Positions 9,322-21,631 of a stretch of 39,924 nt of DNA are shown one piece after another (within the stretch, counting starts at the first letter, position 1; every line of letters begins with the position of its first letter). Position numbers and translations under genes: made by a program. This stretch comes from Coniocarpon cinnabarinum. Taxonomy: Eukaryota. The stretch is from NCBI GenBank assembly GCA_051942205.1, contig JAVECO010000200.1, forward strand, positions 1 through 39,924, written 5' to 3'. The notes below the pieces were generated by a model. It did no database searches, was not told where the DNA came from, and was given only the letters and a program-made list of their open reading frames with translations.

Positions 9322-11498
9322 ATGCATCTGGAGGAAGCGATGGCCAGTCCTACAAGCACGACAGACGCAGAAAAAGGAGCGAATGAGCATCTGAAGAACA
9401 ACGAAGTTACGGTATACTCATGGCGGAACTGCACCGTCAAGATCAGGTCGCGCGGCGAGCAAGGGGACAAGGTCATCTTAAACAACATCGGCGGCACTGC
9501 GCGAGCTGGTACGGGGTTGATACCGACAACAACGCGAAAATTGCTAACAGTGCTGTAGGCGAGCTCGTTGCACTCATGGGCCCCAGTGGATCCGGCAAGA
9601 CGACACTTCTCAACCTCCTCGCAGCGCGCAAAGTTGCCACAGGCGCGCAAACGATTGGGCAACTGTTCGTGAATGGCGCTGAAGTCTCTGGGGAGCAGCT
9701 ACGCAAACTTTCTGCATATGTGGAACAAGAGGATGCGTTGATTGGGTCATTGACAGCACGCGAGACGGTAGACATTGCCGCCCGACTCTCGCGCACGCGG
9801 TACGCACACTTCAGCTCAGCTTTCTGCGCTTTCTGCTGATTTGTTCTCCTCTGCCAGGATTGGATCTCGCAGCGAGCGCAAAGACCTCGTCGACAAACTC
9901 ATCTCGTCCTTCGGACTGACCCAGCAAGCACATACTCTGATAGGAACACCAGTTCGCAAAGGTTTGAGTGGAGGGCAAAAGCGAAGAGTCAGCGTCGCAA
10001 GCCAGCTTATTACCGGACCACGTATCCTTTTCCTTGACGAGCCTACAGGCGGTTTGGACTCTACTGCAAGTCGTGAAGTCATTTCATATATTCGAAATAT
10101 TGCAAGGCGTTTTAATGTACGTTGTCGGTTGTCTACACGAGGTATACTCTTAACGGCTAATGTTCTTAGCTACTTGTCATCGCAAGCATACACCAGCCTT
10201 CGACACAGACTTTCAACCTATTTGACCACCTCTGCTTACTGTCCGAGGGCCGCACTTGCTATTTCGGTCCCATTTCGCAAGTCAATCCATACTTCAACAG
10301 TCATGGCCATCCTCTGCCGTCGCTTATGAACCCCGCAGAGTATCTACTTGACCTGGTCAGCACTGACTTTGCTGCTCACTCTGCAAACCAAGCGCAAGAC
10401 GACCAACTCGACCAAATTGCCCGCAGCTGGAATTTTTCAAGCGAGCGCAAAGCATTATTACAAGCGTTAGAAGAGCAGCAAGCAGCAAGCTGTGACATTC
10501 CCAATGAGAGCAGGCAAAGACAACAACGCGCAAACCCATTCAGCATCGTCTTGACGCTCCTCTACAGGGGTTTTCTGAAGAGCTATCGCGACATACTCGT
10601 GTACGGCATCCGTCTTGCCATGTACACAGGCCTTGCGATCATGATGGGGACAGTCTGGCTACGGCTCAAAGCCGAACAGGATTACATCCAGCCATTCATC
10701 AACGCCATTGTACGTCGTCTGCTGTCCCTGCCTGTTCTTGTACTTGACTGCAAGCTAACGTCACGCAGTTCTTCGGCTCTGCCTTCATGTCCTTCATGAC
10801 TGTCGCGTACGTCCCCGCCTACCTCGAAGACCGCGCCGTCTACGTTAAAGACCGTGCCAATGGCCTCTACGGCCCGACCTCCTTTCTAGTTACCAATTTC
10901 ATCATCGGCCTGCCCTATTTGTGTATGTTTACCCCTCCCTTCCTCCCTTTTCAAGTTGCCCAGCTGACGTAAACAAGTCATCATTACCGTTGTCTTCTCC
11001 CTCATCGCATACTGGCTCAACGGCTTCCACGCCACGGCCCAATCATTCTTCACCTGGATCATGTGGATCTACCTAGACCTCCTCGCCGCCGAATCCCTCG
11101 TCATTTTCATCTCCTCGATTATTCCCAATTTCGTGATAGCCCTCGCTCTCGTCGCCTTTGCAAATGGCCTGTGGATGAGTGTCGGTGGCTTCTTGATACC
11201 CATGCCATTACTCAATGTCTTCTGGAAATACGTCTTCCATTACATAGACTATCAGGCGTATGTCTTTCAGGGCATGATGGTGAACGAGTTCCAGCATCGA
11301 AGTTATGGATGTGGAGAGGGATGTCAGTGCACGTATCCGACGGAGGGACTCGATGAGTGTACCATTCCTGGCACGGCGGTCTTGCAGAGGTATGGATATG
11401 CGACTGGACGGGAGGGAAAGTGGGTGGGCATTATGATTGCGATTGTGGTTGTGTATCGGCTTTTCGCTTGGGTTGCGTTGTGGGCGCGGCGGACCTAA
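9322..11498 (+). CDS. Half-size ABCG (White-like) transporter with NBD-TMD order
   Basis: Six exons (9322-9508, 9559-9799, 9858-10116, 10170-10709, 10769-10922, 10978-11498) joined by canonical introns. Walker A GPSGSGKTT, signature LSGGQKRR, Walker B ILFLDEP, H-loop SIHQP, NPAEY and an ABC2 membrane domain. The start could instead be ATG 9340. Confidence 0.93.
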
Positions 11499-12029
11499 TC
11501 ATGTGTTGTTTATGAGGTTGATATTTAAATCGTGTATAAGACAGGTACGATGAAAGCACTTGCAATAGACATTATACTATGTGACCGGGGTCCCGCCGCA
11601 CGAATACCTGTTGCGGCGGTTTTTGGAGGTGGACTCTTTCTTGCAATTGTGAGTTCTATGTCTCTTTGCATGTTAGGGAACAACTAGTAAGCTTTGGGAA
11701 AAACGGCGATGAGCAACATCTTATCAACAACGCATGCGCCATACTGCACCTTCTTCATCTAACAAATGTAATGCTCACGCAAACATCTTGGGTACTCTAG
11801 ACTCAATCATATTCCAATGCACGTCCAGATGTTTAGAGGCTGGATGTCGCAAAATTCTTTGCATATACAGATATCCATCGCCAACGTTGCCAAGCGCTCG
11901 TGGTCAGTGTGGTGAGCGGGTGGCTTTGTCGGGCAGGTATCGTGTTAGGAAGCCCTCTGCAGCGTCACTGTGCGAAGATAAGGGAAAGAAGAAACTTTTA
12001 TTCTTGAGATATCCGCCCCCGATTTGAAA

Positions 12030-12210
12030 GGTGACGGGAGGAGGAACCTAGTCAAAATCACCAGCACAACCCGCAGAAGCTGACCGCCGCCTTCGGCCAT
12101 CGACTTGGAAGCATGAACTCTTAACACTCCAGCGCTACGCCGACATCGCTGACGCCGCCTTAAAAACCGCTTTAATAGTAGTAGTAAGATTACTATTTGA
12201 ATAAGGAATG
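12030..12210 (+). pseudogene. Possible RIP-mutated coding relic
   Basis: One frame carries TAA at 12122, TAA at 12161 and TAA-TAG-TAG-TAG-TAA at 12173-12187 among Pro/Gln/His-rich codons. This fits CAR->TAR decay of a poly-Gln tract. Confidence 0.25.
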
Positions 12211-15200
12211 AAAGAACCCTTTCTCACTGCAGAGCCTGTCATCAAGAAAGGGAAGTGCTCGAGACGCAGTGGAGATGTGATAAGGAGTCGGACGTCTCTG
12301 TGCTCGGATGCGTCACGGACGAGCGGTTGCCGTAGCCGACTGGGCCGTGCATACTCAAATCCCTCTCCATATAATCGTGAGATTCGGCGGCCCAGGAATG
12401 TGTAGTTTTGTTGAAAAGGTCTCCTGTGAGGAAGGCTAAGCAGTGTATCGCCTGCAGCCAAGAGAAGCTGGCGACGTGAATCTGCAGAAATGATACGGAT
12501 ACCCCTCCTTTGCTTGTTCGCAAGCGCAGTACAGGTTTGGCGGCTATGATGGCCAAGATTGCGGAGATGACCATTTGTCGCTTGACCATGTTTCGCTCAT
12601 ACGTGGCAATCAATACATTAACTATACCACCCTCGGCTATCATTGCCGTCGGCAATTTGCTGTGGCTCAGCAGGGTCGTTGTCGTCCTCATCGACTAGTC
12701 CAACGAGCGGCGTGGCAGGTCGAAGCTCTGGTCATCGTCACCTAACACCGGAAGTTTGACCATTCGTCGTGATTGTTGCCGTTCCGTATTCCTACGCGAC
12801 CGACGCCATAGCCGTGGCGCGATCTATCACGCATCTTTGTGCGGTTCCAAGTGAAAACACGCGCCTGTTGAAGTTCCCTCTGCGAGTGTTGTCTGTGAGC
12901 GTGTTGGTATTTAGACGCTCGTATGCTTGTTCTTGCTCGATTAGGCGGTCCAGCCGTTGCCTGCGTTTCTGAATGTCTGTTGCCAGCGTTGATGCGTCCC
13001 TCGACTCTGGTGGAGGCCTAGGGCGAGGATGAGCGCGAAAGATCATTGTGGCGAGTGATGACAACTATTGATTCTCACGTCTGCCTGCCGAACTACGTGC
13101 GTCGACAGAGTAGTTGGTGACATTGTTGAAATTTTGAATTGAAACGCGAGATCACGGGACGTTCCGATCGTAGGTCACACCTTTTTCATCCATGCGCCAC
13201 GGCGTGCCATGTGACCACTCTATCGCCTCTTGGAGAATCCTCAAGCGGGGTTACACTATTGCAGGCGATCCCCAGAAAGGATAAATAAGAGATGTATTCA
13301 TCCGCGTAGAAGGGAAGTCGGAGAACAACCTAGCACTTCTCTAGGTCCAATGCGCAGAGGTTGTCGCGCGCATTGGGCCACAAGTCGTCCGATAGCACTT
13401 TCCGCAGGCGTCCCGTCGGGATTAAGCGGCCATCGTTTGCAATGCTATTGTAGTCTTGCAAGACGAAGCAGCGCTCGTCGCCTTATCTATGATATCTTGA
13501 TTTACTGAGATCCTGCAAAACTAATTAGTATCTGGGCATCAAACTGACCGCAAGAGCTCATACTGTTGTAGCTCCTCCCGCCCTTGCGAAGGATTGCCTC
13601 TTCTGTGTGTTTGAGCGCTGGTACAGTAATACCAAGACTGTGAATCTCCGTGCTCGGGAAATCCATATCCCCGCATCTTCCAAACAGGCGGAAGGTTTTG
13701 GCTGAATCTAAGATCGTAAAAAGTTGGCAGATGATAGCAAGACGCTATCTATATTTGTACAAACCCTAGGTCTAAGTCCTCAATATATATCCACAAGTAG
13801 CAGATAGAACTCTAACATCCATAGATACGAGAGCAAATGATAGCCCAAAGCTTGGAGACTTAGGAGTGATCGGGGTTAAATGAAGAGCAAGGCTCGATCC
13901 TGCAGCAAATGGGCGCGTATCTTGTCTTGTACATGGCTCGCTCGCGCACCTCGCCGCGATGCGTCAAGATCATTGGCAAGGCGGATTAAATTTAACCGAA
14001 AACGAGTTACGACATGTATTTCAGGTCACGCCAGGTCCTGTGGGCTCCGCGCCGAAGGCTGGATGGTGTTTTTCGCATTTGGGCAGAGTGTCGCAGCCTT
14101 TCCATCATCCGAGTTCGACGTTTCAGAAGACTGGATGAGAAGTAAATGGCAGTACGATACTTCGTAAAGTTGGCTGAGACCTCACGCAGCAACATGTCTT
14201 ACAGATGATACTTGCATGACCAAACGCAAGGTGACGTCTATCATGACACATATCGGACACTGTCCATGTCCTCCACTTCCGTGATGTGTTCCATAGATTT
14301 CTTTTGCTCTACAAGCTCAAACTTTGAGCTTTGACAGGCTGAGATAACAGCGCGGTAGCATTAGCGTCCGGACAACGGATGACTTGAAGCTCCCGTTGAT
14401 AGACTTATGTTGACAGGCTTGTAAAGAAGGCACTTTGCGAGTTATGGTGGAAAACGTTGTTGTATATTGTCAAGTGCGGCTAGTCAACAAGGAGGATATA
14501 AGCTTAATCAGAAATCTTCATAAGTAAACCCCTCTATACATACTAGATGGCAGCTGAGTTGTTCGTTATAGATTTGAATGTTACTTCCGCTCTGCTCTGC
14601 TTGCTTTTTTGCCGGTCAAATTCCAAATACTCCTACCGGTGAGGAGTATGAGGGTCCTTTGCGCGCTTGTTGACTTTGTGGCCCTGCCGATAGTCCTCAA
14701 TCTGCTTCTTCTTTATGGCTGGCCGAGATGGCATATAGCTCCGGTTGGCATTGCTTTCGTTGGGGTCGCCTCTCTACAAAGAGAGTGAACTAAGAGCTGC
14801 CCGCCTTTGGCGTAGCGACGGCGGCCTTCAGCGTCAATGAAATATATGTGAAAAAGCCATGCTGTAGAGCAACAGCAGAGCTTTCGAATGGTGTGCTCAA
14901 AACATTTGCGAATCATCGCGAATTTCCACTCCATTGTTATTGGGTCCTATCACCGGTGCATGCTCCTTTGGAAGCCGCACGCTTTGCACATACGGTCTTG
15001 TCCGAAGTAATCATGATCGATATTAGGATCGTGGGGACAGATAGAGGGCATTTTGAAACGGAATTCCAGTACTGCGAAGACCATGCGCTCAGCGTAGAGA
15101 GGGTCATGGAGATAGACTCCACAGAACACACCCCGCTTTGCGAACGGAGGCAATGAGGCGGCTGGCGATGAAGTGGTAATAGTGCTGCAACGACCTTGTA

Positions 15201-16658
15201 ATGGGGGTGATCAAGCGGTAGTTTACCTCCTAAGACACGTAACTAACTACCAAGTGCCGGACCCCGGTTTTTGCGGAGCTTTCGAATGTCGGCCCCATCC
15301 AGCTCGACAGCGCCTTTGATAACGTTATGATAACGAAAGGACAGACGCGATATTGTCGCATGCTGGTCGTCTCAACGAGTGTGCGGGATGTCGTGCGCTA
15401 CGACAGTCCACAGCCGCCTCTGGAAAGCACATCGGGGCGCTGATAGAGCAGATTGGGCTTCTATATTTCATTTGCTATTTTTAGATCCATATGAACACAG
15501 GAAATGTACAGCGTCGACAACATTGCGGCCGTCGAGCGTGAAGGACTAAAAAGATATGCTGAGGAATGTTGTCTAGTCATGTTGAGGAATCGTAATAGAC
15601 AATACGTGGATATAAGAATAATTCCATAGGTATTAGGCCAGCCCTGCCGCTGACATCAGACGGGATGTTTCCACGTACAGTTGCTGCTGGTGCAGACAGC
15701 GATGCAGAAACACTCAGAAAGACCTCTGGGCGCCGGGGCGAGCGCGAGCGTTCGCTATTGGCTCGAGACGCCTCATGAAAGCTTCAGAACGAGCATAACA
15801 CGGGCTAGAGACCCGTGTGTCAAGGCGACCGTCTTCTGTAGGCGTCCACGCTTACCAAAAGCCACTTGCAGCTGATATGCAAGGCTGTGCTGCCACGCAC
15901 AACCGGTCCTCAGAATATGTCGACGTTTCCATTTACAACAACTTCCATAGTCACAGGCAGAGTTGCACGCGCGCTTGACTGACCACGGACAGGCCGTAGG
16001 GAAAGATAGCAACAAGTTGTTCCACGTTGTCGCCGTCAGGACCGATTACAGGAAGCTGTCACTTCTTTGTAGCTAAATGTTGGCCCCGTCGATCGATTGC
16101 ATGCTCGTTTCAAGTCTCTTCACGCACGGGACGAGGCGCGCAACATCTATTTCCAAAACCATCTCATGGGGCCATTGGGCGGCTCAGCCGTGGGAGGTTG
16201 CCTGTGTTGCATTGATTCGGCAGCTCTCGCAGTTCACAAATTCACAAGACACCCCATTGCGTGGCACATGAGTCTGATTTGTAGCGTGATGCTCCTGTGA
16301 ATCAGGACACTTGCAGGACAAGCCGTGTGTGCATGCATGCGTGCGTGGGGCTGTGTGAAACAGTTGTGTGACTGCCCGGGCCGCCTAACAATTCAAAAGC
16401 TTGCTCTATGTGCATTAAAAACATCATACACCTGCTGTCCAGCTCCGTTTTCTGTGGACACTACCAAACATGCGGCACCGACACTTCTAGCCCCACTGTT
16501 AGACATCAGGCTATTGATCAGTTTCAGTGCTGAGATATCCTCAGTGATATATAGGGTTTGGACGTTTCCTATGTACCCGAGTTTTGTGCGGCTTCGACGA
16601 CTGGCCATCTGTTGTTCCATCACGGAGTTGCACGTATCGTAGTCCTAATACAACCAAG

Positions 16659-18069
16659 ATGCACGACCTGTGGGCTCTGGTATCCCTAACATTGGTGTTT
16701 TCCACTGGCATACTAGCTTATGAACGGCCACCAGAGGCTTTCATACACAGACGACAAACAATTACCTCAGTCGATGATCCCAGGTCCACAGCCACTGCTA
16801 CTGCCGTCTCTCCTTCAGCCACCTCGACTACTGTAACACCGGCTGAAATCAATGAACCTTTCAATGTCCGTGGACAGGGACAGATCTTCCCCCCTCCGCT
16901 CCAACTAGAAGGGTTGAGTACTACAGAGTGAGTAAGCCTGCACGGTATAGGTGGTGATGTTCAGTGACGGAGGCTGACCACGTCCAGCACAACCGATTTC
17001 ACAATCAATTGCATTGAATGTCACCTGGATAGTGACTTCAGCCTCTCAGCCGGCGACAGCAATGCGGGCGTTTCCTTTGAAACGCCAGAGGACGTTGCGC
17101 AAAGAGCGAAAGGTACTTTCGACTTCACTGATACCTGGATCGCGGCCACGATCGACAGCTTCAATGCCACGTTCGATCTTGCATTCAACTTGACCAAGCC
17201 AAATCGAAACCAGATCACGATACCTATCTGGTCAAATACGACCACGCGACAGGTATGCCTTGTGCCACGAGTACGCACTTATATTATGCTGTACGCTTGG
17301 CTAAACTGAAGCAGATAGATATCCTCACACTCTCGGCGACATTAGACGTCGAGCTCCATGGTTGGATCAATAGCTCACTCGATTTCAACTTCACGTACGG
17401 ATTCAACTACGGCATTCCACCTAACTCAGAGGTCGTTCTTGACCTCTCAGACATGACGTCCCGAAGTTACGGCTTGTGAGTGTTCGTCCTTTTGGAGGCA
17501 CAGCTATCCGCCGCTAACATCGACCGCTCAGTAACGAGACGTCTCTGACTCCGCTTCCGTTCGGTGCGACCCGTGGTTTGATTGATGTCCAGATGGAGCT
17601 ATCTCTTCGGCCTTCACTAACCTTCAACGCATCAGTTGGTGGCGATTTCGTAGGCGCCTCCGCCTCCGGACAGGTCGGGCTCGACGTGCCCCGCCTCGAT
17701 GTAAACATCGGGGAGGTATACCAAGTGGACTCGAACTGCAACCGGGAGACTCCATCATTGCCATCGGATCAATCCTACGAGAACCTCACACTGATCGCGC
17801 CGAGCCTCGGCTTTGATGTGTTCGAGGCGCTGACGGTACAAGGGCACTTCCTTGGCGCTGATCCAGAGAAGCAGCTGCGGCCAGAGCAGAACTCTTCCCG
17901 GCCTTTGCCAACGACGTGTCTATTTTTCGATAAGGCCAAACAAACTCTGGGAGTGGCACCGCAAGTGTATCCGTCACAGTCGGAGGCGAAGAGACTGGCA
18001 GCCCCGGTAGTCGCTGCTCTATCTGCGGCTTTGTTGGTTGCAATGACGCTTGGCGGCTTGCTCGACTAA
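16659..18069 (+). CDS. Secreted, probably GPI-anchored beta-rich protein (~410 aa)
   Basis: Exons 16659-16927, 16988-17252, 17315-17475 and 17532-18069 with canonical introns. Signal peptide MHDLWALVSLTLVFSTGILA, Ser/Thr-rich stretch, CIEC motif, several N-glycosylation sequons and a hydrophobic C-terminus (AAPVVAALSAALLVAMTLGGLLD). Confidence 0.85.
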
Positions 18070-18649
18070 GCGCTGAAATAAAGCAAATTTGATATGCTCA
18101 GAATCATATACGAGCATGCGCGTGGCCTTCAGAGTGCGAGCAGCATATTTGATAGAGCTGACATCGGGATCTAACATGCTCGATGTTTTTGGACTTGTGG
18201 AGAAGTTTTGAGCCACTGGTCGCTATGAGCTGCCGTTAGAGGTGACTCATAACGACCAGTGGCTCAAAATTATTTTCGCGTGCTTCATGGACACTTCTAT
18301 GCCAACAACAACACTCGCACCCCGGAAACACGCGACATGGTCTCAGTGCAATCAATGGATTGACTGTCTGCGCAACATCAAAAGTTCGTTGCGATCCAAT
18401 ATTCTTGATCTCCGTGTGGGATCGCCATCGCAGCGATCGATGGCCCTCATCGGGACCCATCAGCCTAGCTGTGCAGTGGACGGCTTTCGGGCAATGCCAT
18501 GGTCAAGTGTATGCCGTTGTATCATGAAAAGGTGCATGAGCATGTCTGGGGAGTCTTACAAGTAGGCTCATCTCAGCTGCATGGCAGAGAAATATGCCCC
18601 TAGACACTGAACAGCGTTGTCTGATGTCTCGATGTTTCACAATGTCTGA

Positions 18650-21631
18650 TCATTGCCCCTTCAACTCTCGCAATCTCTCCTCTAATCGCTCCCATCCTTG
18701 ACTACCTTCCCATAAATCCTTGGCTCTGCCCATCACACCTCGAATCGCGCTCCTCGCTTTAAACTTCCAATCTCTAGCCACAATATCTTCATCACCATTT
18801 GTCTCCACATCCTTGTTCCTTTCGTTTTTCGACGAAGGACCCACGCTCCGTGGCCCCAGGCTCTCATACGCATCCACCAAGTCCAACGTGCCTTGCACCA
18901 CGCCCTCCCATTCCTTCTCATCACCTTCACGTTCCCACTTTGAGCGGGCCGTAACGATGCGCCAACCTTTCTCATGGGCATCCAGCGAAGCAGCCGAGTC
19001 TTCAAGCCAGAGGTATAACGAAGCTAACGTACGGTAGAGCGATGCGGACTGCGTAATAAGCGGTTCTACACGCTCCATCAGTAAGTCCACCGTAAGTGCG
19101 GGAAGTGACCCAGGTCGATGTTGCGTCTCCAACACGGCCGCTGCGTCCAAGTTGGCAGTGCTTGATTCGTAGTTTCCAGGTCGCTGAGATGGAGGCATGG
19201 ACGGATATGTCGATACGACGTGTCGTACCAAAGCCTCAACGATCTGTTCGTCGATGCACTTATCACCATCGATCTTACCACGGAGTCCAATGATGCGACG
19301 TTGGGCTGCGATGATGTCGAAGTATGCGGGTGGAGTGAGGGATGCGGCGACTGTCAGGACGTTATCGTAGATGCGTGCAGAGTCTTGTTTGAGCGTTGCG
19401 GCGCGTTTGAAGGCCCGCAGAGCGTCACGAAGGTGTTGTTGTGGGTCTATTTCTGGAGCATGAGAAGTTGGGATTGCTGCTTCATCGTCTTCGGCACTGG
19501 GTAGATCAATGCTATTGTCTGTGCTAGGAGGGGTTGATGGCTCTCGTGGACCACGACGAACGAGGGCAGCCGCGAGATTACTCCACGCTTCTGCATCATG
19601 GTCGTCTAGCTGTACAGTGCGCGCGAACGCCTCAACAGCCTCTTGGAAGCGCGAGAGCTCCAGCAGGCAACAACCATAAGCAAACCAAGTCTGGCCGTCG
19701 AGTTGATTCACTTTCAGACTTTTAGCATAGGCTTCAGCAGCTTTCTCGGCGTCCTGTTTCATGAAGTAGTAGCGGCCTAGACTGCGCTGCGCACGCGCAT
19801 ATCTACCGTTCGAAATCTCCCATGCGCGCTCCCACATTCCCGGACTTTGGTCAAGATCGCCGAGTATGCAATAGAGTCTTGGTGCATCCGAAGGCGGTGG
19901 ATCGCGTGGCGGTCCCTCCCACGCCTCCGTTTCATCGTCCTCAGCTTCTTCGTCTCTGCTCATGGCGGAATGGTTGAGTTGCCGCTTGATGATGCGCTTG
20001 GCTTTGTCTTCTCGATCGCATGCAGCCCAGCAGAGTGCGGTTTCGGGCCACATCTCGAGGCGTTCGTAGATCTCGAGTGCTGAACGAAGCCCACCCATGC
20101 TTGTCCAGCGCTGCGCCAGCTCGGTTTCGAGCTCCCAGCGGGTTGGTACATTGAGGAGGTATACATACCTCAGGCGCTCTGCGACACCTGCGGACTCAGA
20201 TGACAATGGTCTTGGGAGAAAGGTAGAGTGTGAGTTAGATGTCGCAGAGTCGGTCGAGGGTACGTGACCATTTCGTTGATTGTTTGAGATCTGTGTATCG
20301 GCGATGACTTGATCAACTAACGCTTGCAATTGTAACAATCCACGCTCCGTCGTGCGCGACTTGTGCCCCTCGATCCTTGACCGAACGAGCAACGCTCCAG
20401 TGTAGATTTGCCAGTTTGACGAGCCGCCCTCTAGCACACGAAGTGCATATGGTAGCGTTTCTTCACGAGTTAGTCCATCTACTGGAGCGGCGCTGGTGAT
20501 GCTCGACGCAAGTAAAAGCAGTAGTACTGAGTCGTGCGGCTGCAATTGAGGCTGTTTGTTAGGATCGAGATCGCGAAGGGACGGTGGCACATCAGTTTCC
20601 GCGACTGGACCTATTCTCCCCGATGCCGTTGCTCGATCTGAAAATGATACTGACTCCAGCAGCGTGTCGTCATTGAGGTCTATTTTCTCTGGTCCATTTG
20701 AAGCACCATTTGAGGATGAGTGGTTGCCGTCTTCCCCGGTACTTTGACTTTTTGCGAGAACTACTAGCTGACTTGTTTCCTTCTCTTGAAACTTGGTGCG
20801 CTTACCAAGCTGTCCAGTCAAGACGTACTGAAGTCCCGTACGCTGTTGTGCTTCGTTGAGTAATTGTCTTGCTTGTCTGTCGTTGCCAAAGTACAAATTA
20901 ATGGCTGCCCTCTCCAATTGTAGTTCGATCTCGACTGACGCCCGATTTGCTTCATCTAATAAGGCTGTCAACGCTGGAAGCTGTTCTAGACACTCGTGAA
21001 CTTGGTCTTGAAGCGTAGAAGACGCTTCTGAGAGGAGGCGTTGATGCATCATGAGCAGTCGCGCAGAGACCCATGGCGCTACCTTGACATTCTTTCTGAT
21101 ACTTGGAGAGGCCAATATGGTATCTGCAAAGCACAGCAGCTCAGGATACGGTGTCAGTTTGTATGCTGCAATACCGTCTACACTACGAGAAGCGATAAGA
21201 CGTTCGCGGAACCTTCTTAGTTTTTTACTATCCTCGGCAATGGACGGCGGTATTAACAAAGAGGCTGTTGAGTAAGCTAACGGCGGTCCAGTCACGCTTA
21301 CTTGCACAAACAATTGAAGTGCCGCTGCAGCTGCGAGAAGGAGAGAGTGTTGCTTGTACATGCGACTTTGTTCGAGCGAAAGATCGTAATACTGGCTGTT
21401 CAGCAGAATGTTTAGCTGTCGAAAAATGAAGTCGCACCAATCCTCAGTATCGTCATACGCAGCATTATCGAGGCTTTGATCATTCTGCAATCCGACAACA
21501 CACTTTACCAGCGAGCTTGATATCAAGGTGAAAAAATTCCCATTACTAAGGTCATTGACATTATCTTTGACCAAATCTCGTATCTCGGGAGGGATTGAGG
21601 CCTTTAATACTCTCGAAAGGGCGTCATCCAT
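18650..21631 (-). CDS. EMW1: TPR protein, EMW1/TTC27 orthologue (~993 aa)
   Basis: LTGQLGKRTKFQEKETSQLVVLAKS, LNDDTLLE, SSNWQIY..ALLVRS..E...RT.ER..LQ, and TPR units (RYARAQRSLG, EAWSNLAA). First ATG is at 21631; the ORF track extends it from a TTG. Confidence 0.88.
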   Translation of the reverse strand: MDDALSRVLKASIPPEIRDLVKDNVNDLSNGNFFTLISSSLVKCVVGLQNDQSLDNAAYDDTEDWCDFIFRQLNILLNSQYYDLSLEQSRMYKQHSLLLAAAAALQLFVQVSVTGPPLAYSTASLLIPPSIAEDSKKLRRFRERLIASRSVDGIAAYKLTPYPELLCFADTILASPSIRKNVKVAPWVSARLLMMHQRLLSEASSTLQDQVHECLEQLPALTALLDEANRASVEIELQLERAAINLYFGNDRQARQLLNEAQQRTGLQYVLTGQLGKRTKFQEKETSQLVVLAKSQSTGEDGNHSSSNGASNGPEKIDLNDDTLLESVSFSDRATASGRIGPVAETDVPPSLRDLDPNKQPQLQPHDSVLLLLLASSITSAAPVDGLTREETLPYALRVLEGGSSNWQIYTGALLVRSRIEGHKSRTTERGLLQLQALVDQVIADTQISNNQRNGHVPSTDSATSNSHSTFLPRPLSSESAGVAERLRYVYLLNVPTRWELETELAQRWTSMGGLRSALEIYERLEMWPETALCWAACDREDKAKRIIKRQLNHSAMSRDEEAEDDETEAWEGPPRDPPPSDAPRLYCILGDLDQSPGMWERAWEISNGRYARAQRSLGRYYFMKQDAEKAAEAYAKSLKVNQLDGQTWFAYGCCLLELSRFQEAVEAFARTVQLDDHDAEAWSNLAAALVRRGPREPSTPPSTDNSIDLPSAEDDEAAIPTSHAPEIDPQQHLRDALRAFKRAATLKQDSARIYDNVLTVAASLTPPAYFDIIAAQRRIIGLRGKIDGDKCIDEQIVEALVRHVVSTYPSMPPSQRPGNYESSTANLDAAAVLETQHRPGSLPALTVDLLMERVEPLITQSASLYRTLASLYLWLEDSAASLDAHEKGWRIVTARSKWEREGDEKEWEGVVQGTLDLVDAYESLGPRSVGPSSKNERNKDVETNGDEDIVARDWKFKARSAIRGVMGRAKDLWEGSQGWERLEERLRELKGQ

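Noticed and set aside
11593..11624. GC hairpin CCGCCGCA/TGCGGCGG followed by T5, resembling a bacterial terminator or Helitron end
   Set aside because: The context is eukaryotic and there is no CTRR at the expected Helitron distance. An 8-bp stem can arise by chance.
12792..13064. 90-aa ORF with a coiled-coil-like stretch
   Set aside because: No recognisable domain or exon continuation; at best part of the decayed tract.
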